The translations under genes and the position numbers were made by a program. 64,000 nt of DNA from Spirogloea muscicola (taxonomy: Eukaryota), in assembly GCA_009602725.1 (NCBI GenBank), contig WELB01000025.1, forward strand, positions 570,989 through 634,988, written 5' to 3'. Shown here in pieces: positions 61,049 to 64,000 of the stretch (position 1 is the first letter of the stretch; the number at the start of each line of letters is the position of its first letter). The notes under the pieces were generated by a model. The model was not told the DNA's origin, made no database searches, and saw only the letters and a list, made by a program, of their open reading frames with translations.

Positions 61049-62490
61049 GGCATCCTGGCGTCCGCGGCCACCCTGGTACAGCATCCCGCGTTCCTCACCA
61101 CACCAGCAGCGCTGCTGCAGGCCAGCCTGCCGATCAGCCGTGGCGGCTTGGGATGCCGCTCAGTTGCCCGCGGCTGCGAGGCGGCCTACATGGGTAGCTG
61201 GGCTCAGGTGGCAGCCCCAATGAGCCAGAGGTTCCTCGTGGACGGCCAGCGCGTCCTGGAGCGGGTGGCAGCTGAGGTGGAGATCGGTCAGCTGCCTTTT
61301 CAGGTTGCCCTCCGCTCTGCCCGCGACGGGCTCCTGGCGGTCCACCCCCGCATGTCGGAACAGGCTGTTCCTTTCATCCACCTCGCCCACACCCCAGACC
61401 AGCGTGCCCAGGCACGCTTCTCGGCGTTGGTTGAACAAGCGGCCTCCGACCAGGTGGTGGAGCTTCTCCCCCCGGCTGACCTGCGAGGGCGCGCCCGGCT
61501 GCTCTCAGCCTCCTCCCCTGGGGCGGCGGCGTGGCTATCGGCGCTTCCACTCCACGCGGCGCTCACAATGCCTGACGAGGTCTTCCGGACGGCGGTCCAC
61601 CGGCTCTTGGGCCTCCTTCCCCCCTGCCTCGTGGGCGTCCCTCAATGCGAGTGCGGTGCCCGACACGATGATCCTGCGGAGCTGGCCGCCCACATGCTCC
61701 GTTGCGCCCACGGGGGGGAGCGGACCGCTTCCCATGACCTCCTGCGCGACGGTATGCAGGGGGTGTTTTCGGAGGCGGGCTTCAAGGTTGCGGTAGAGAA
61801 CTCGTCAATCATGCCCATTCAGCTGGGCGCGGACGGCCAGCCCCATACGCGACGCGCTGACCTGGTCGCCATCCCTCCCGGCGGCGGTCCCCGCATCATC
61901 GCTGATGTGGTGACAACAGACTGCATCGACTCCGCCAACCCCACCAGATCGGCGTCGTTTGCAGGGCACGCGGTCGGCCAGGCGGCCCGCGGCAAGGAGC
62001 GAAAATACGCTGATCACCCGGTGGGGGATGAATTCGCGGCCCTGGCGATGGATGTACACGGGGCTTTCGGCAGCCGCTGGCTGGATCTCATTCAGCGGCT
62101 TGCTCGCCAGGCCATTGACCGGCGGCCGGGTCTGCCAGGGGCGATGCCCGGCTTCAACGCCGCCGGGTCGCTCGCACAAGTCTTCCGCATGCGCCTGGCC
62201 GTATCGCTTCAACGCTCCCTTGCCCACCACGCCGTCCATACGCGCGCAGGCCGTGCTATGGCCGCCGCCTCTGGGTCTCGGCGGAGCGCCTCTTTCCCTG
62301 CAGCGAGCTACTCAGACCTGATGTTGCTTACTCGTAGGTACTGAGCTTTCCTCTGCATCGTTTCTGTGTTCTGCAGTATGTTGTAGTGTAGTCCTTTCTC
62401 CGGCTCCTCTTGCTTTGGCTTTAAACATTGTCCATTCTTTTTTGGGCTGGCTTGGCCAGCCCCTCTTTTCTATGGGCGCGCTCTTCTCGC
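61049..62490 (+). mobile_element. CRE-like non-LTR retrotransposon, 5'-truncated, with an intact C-terminal ORF (CCHC knuckle plus restriction-like endonuclease) and 3' UTR
   Basis: ORF 61034-62344: LPISRGGLG, AWLSALP, CECG..HMLRC (CCHC), HDLLRD, RRADLV..IADV..RGKERKY (PD-(D/E)xK-type RLE), MDVHGAFG. Tail hairpin at about 62444-62463; no poly(A). Confidence 0.92.
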
Positions 62491-62574
62491 TAAGGGGGAC
62501 GTTGCTATCCCCGAGTGAGCACATGCATGTCTGACAAGCTATACTGAGGCGCCAAACCACCACCACGGAAGCCG

Positions 62575-62975
62575 TTAGCCTGGGCTAATGCACGACCAGC
62601 ACGCCAGTGTATCGCAAGTGCCCTGGGAGCGCTGTAGACTCAATGATAGCCGCATTCTATAGCATGCAACGATGGCTTGCGGGACGCTAGAATGCCCTGA
62701 GCTACCCGCCCGACTGCATGTCGACGAGCATCGACATGCAGTGCCAGGCGATGGAGGAGGGAAGACCACTTCGTTCCATAGCCGCCGCATGTGTCCATGG
62801 CGCATGGGAACAAGTGGTCGGCCCGGGGGTGGTCATTATAGTGCCTCTCCTTCTTCCTCTCCGCACGATGTGTCGCCCAACCTGGCACATTCGGTGTGGG
62901 TGCCCCTGGTTGCAATGCGTCGATGAGAACGACGTCGAGGAAAAGACGAGGCCCACCACTCCGGGGGTGGCCACC
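62575..62975 (-). mobile_element. Divergent subfamily of the same RLE element, endonuclease fragment
   Basis: GGPRLFLDVVLID..RAERKKERHYNDHP..FPCAMDTCGGYGTKW..CYRMRLSLSLQRSQ. Confidence 0.8.
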
Positions 62976-63064
62976 ACAAAGAGTCATCCTCGGGAGAGAA
63001 GATGCCCCTCGGTGTGCATGACCTGAAGATGGAATAATGAAGGTGGCTCTACCTTCGTATAGTG

Positions 63065-63527
63065 GCCCGCCGCCACGGGCAGCAGAGCGAGCAGCCTGGC
63101 TGCAATGTCGCCGGGTCTCTCGCTCAAGTCTTCCGGATGCGCTTGGCCTTGCAGCGGTCCCTTGCCTTCGCGGTTCACTTGCGCGCAGGCCGCGCTTTGG
63201 CGGCGGCCTCCAGCTTCCGTCTTCAGGCCCCGCAGTCGCTGCTTAGCTCGTAGTTTGGCCCCTTCGAACCTTGTCAATTCTTTTCGGGCTGGCTTCTCAC
63301 AGCCCTTGCCCCCATCGGGAGAGCCACTTCTTCCGTCAGGGCGACATCTATCCGCCTGCTAGCTATTCCGATTTGCATCTACTGACTAGAAATTACTGAG
63401 AGTCCCCTTGCTGCCGTCTTAGCACTTAGTACCTTGCTTTCTGCGCCATTCGGCTCCGTTCAGACCTTGTCCATTCCTTTGGGCTGGCCTCTCACAGCCA
63501 CCAGTCAATTGGGCCGCGCTTTCTTCT
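63065..63527 (+). mobile_element. Two head-to-tail CRE-like 3' ends
   Basis: NVAGSLAQVFRMRLALQRSLAFAVHLRAGRALAAAS plus a tail to about 63332, followed directly by a second 3' end similar to 13237-13385. Confidence 0.88.
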
Positions 63528-63529
63528 AC

Positions 63530-64000
63530 CAAAGGGGGCAAGGGCTGTAAACAGCCAGCCTGAAAAGCGCTGACAAGGTCCGAAGAATGCGAGAATGGCT
63601 TGCCCGACGAATGACAGTGGCTCTCCCAAGAAACCAGCATTTGCGGAGGGCTGCCCAATCTGGGCTTGCCAATCACAGCCATCGCCATGCACTGAAAGGG
63701 ACTTTCTTTCTGGAGGGGGCGAGGGCTGTGGAAACCAGCCCGGACAGGTGAAAGAAGATGGTCTGAGGGGCCGGAAGGCGCTAAGACCGGACAGCGATGT
63801 AAGTGGCTACAGCGGATGGGAGCTCGGTGGCCCCTAATCAGCAGCCGCATGTCGGAGTACCTTGCAGCTGGAAAAATCACTGTGACGAGACCCAGAAGCG
63901 GCAGCCAAAGCGCGGCCTGCCCGCTGGTGCACTGCATGAGCCTGGGATTGCTGAAGAGAGACGGAGAGACGGAGAGCATGCGGAACACCTGAGTAAAGCG
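63530..64000 (-). mobile_element. CRE-like 3' end and additional tails, mainly on the minus strand
   Basis: Minus strand QVFRMLSVS..RAGRALAAASG..FPAARYSDMRLLIRG. Hairpin tails at about 63723-63741 (-), 63662-63680 (+) and 63542-63560 (-). Confidence 0.82.

Overview
Eukaryotic, GC-rich, intron-rich nuclear DNA. Gene content (TIC20, type II metacaspase, plant-type ABCG, uL18-like) points to a streptophyte, probably an alga; the taxon is inference. Eleven host genes are visible: DIS3L2 (-), eIF3f (+), uL18-like (+), a HAD hydrolase (-), an ABCG half-transporter (+), RPN1 (-), ValRS (+), a small putative Zn-binding plastid protein (-), a large low-complexity protein (-), TIC20 (+) and a type II metacaspase (-). 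Two assembly gaps padded with poly-T hide four gene starts. The intergenic spaces are dominated by one non-LTR retrotransposon family with a restriction-like endonuclease (CRE-like RT, CCHC and PD-(D/E)xK motifs). It occurs mostly as 5'-truncated 3' ends without poly(A), sharing a GGGCTG-N8-CAGCC(C) hairpin tail (about 25 copies by eye). These ends are stacked head-to-tail, nested in each other's tails and often sit just upstream of genes. Other notable items: an 82-bp repeat fused to different cargoes, including captured RAD23 and ThrE-like exon fragments; a pre-miRNA-like hairpin; a mitochondrial nad2 fragment inside an RPN1 intron; and a very long G/P/Y-rich insert in the metacaspase linker. 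All calls were made by eye, with no database searches. Exon and element boundaries are approximate.
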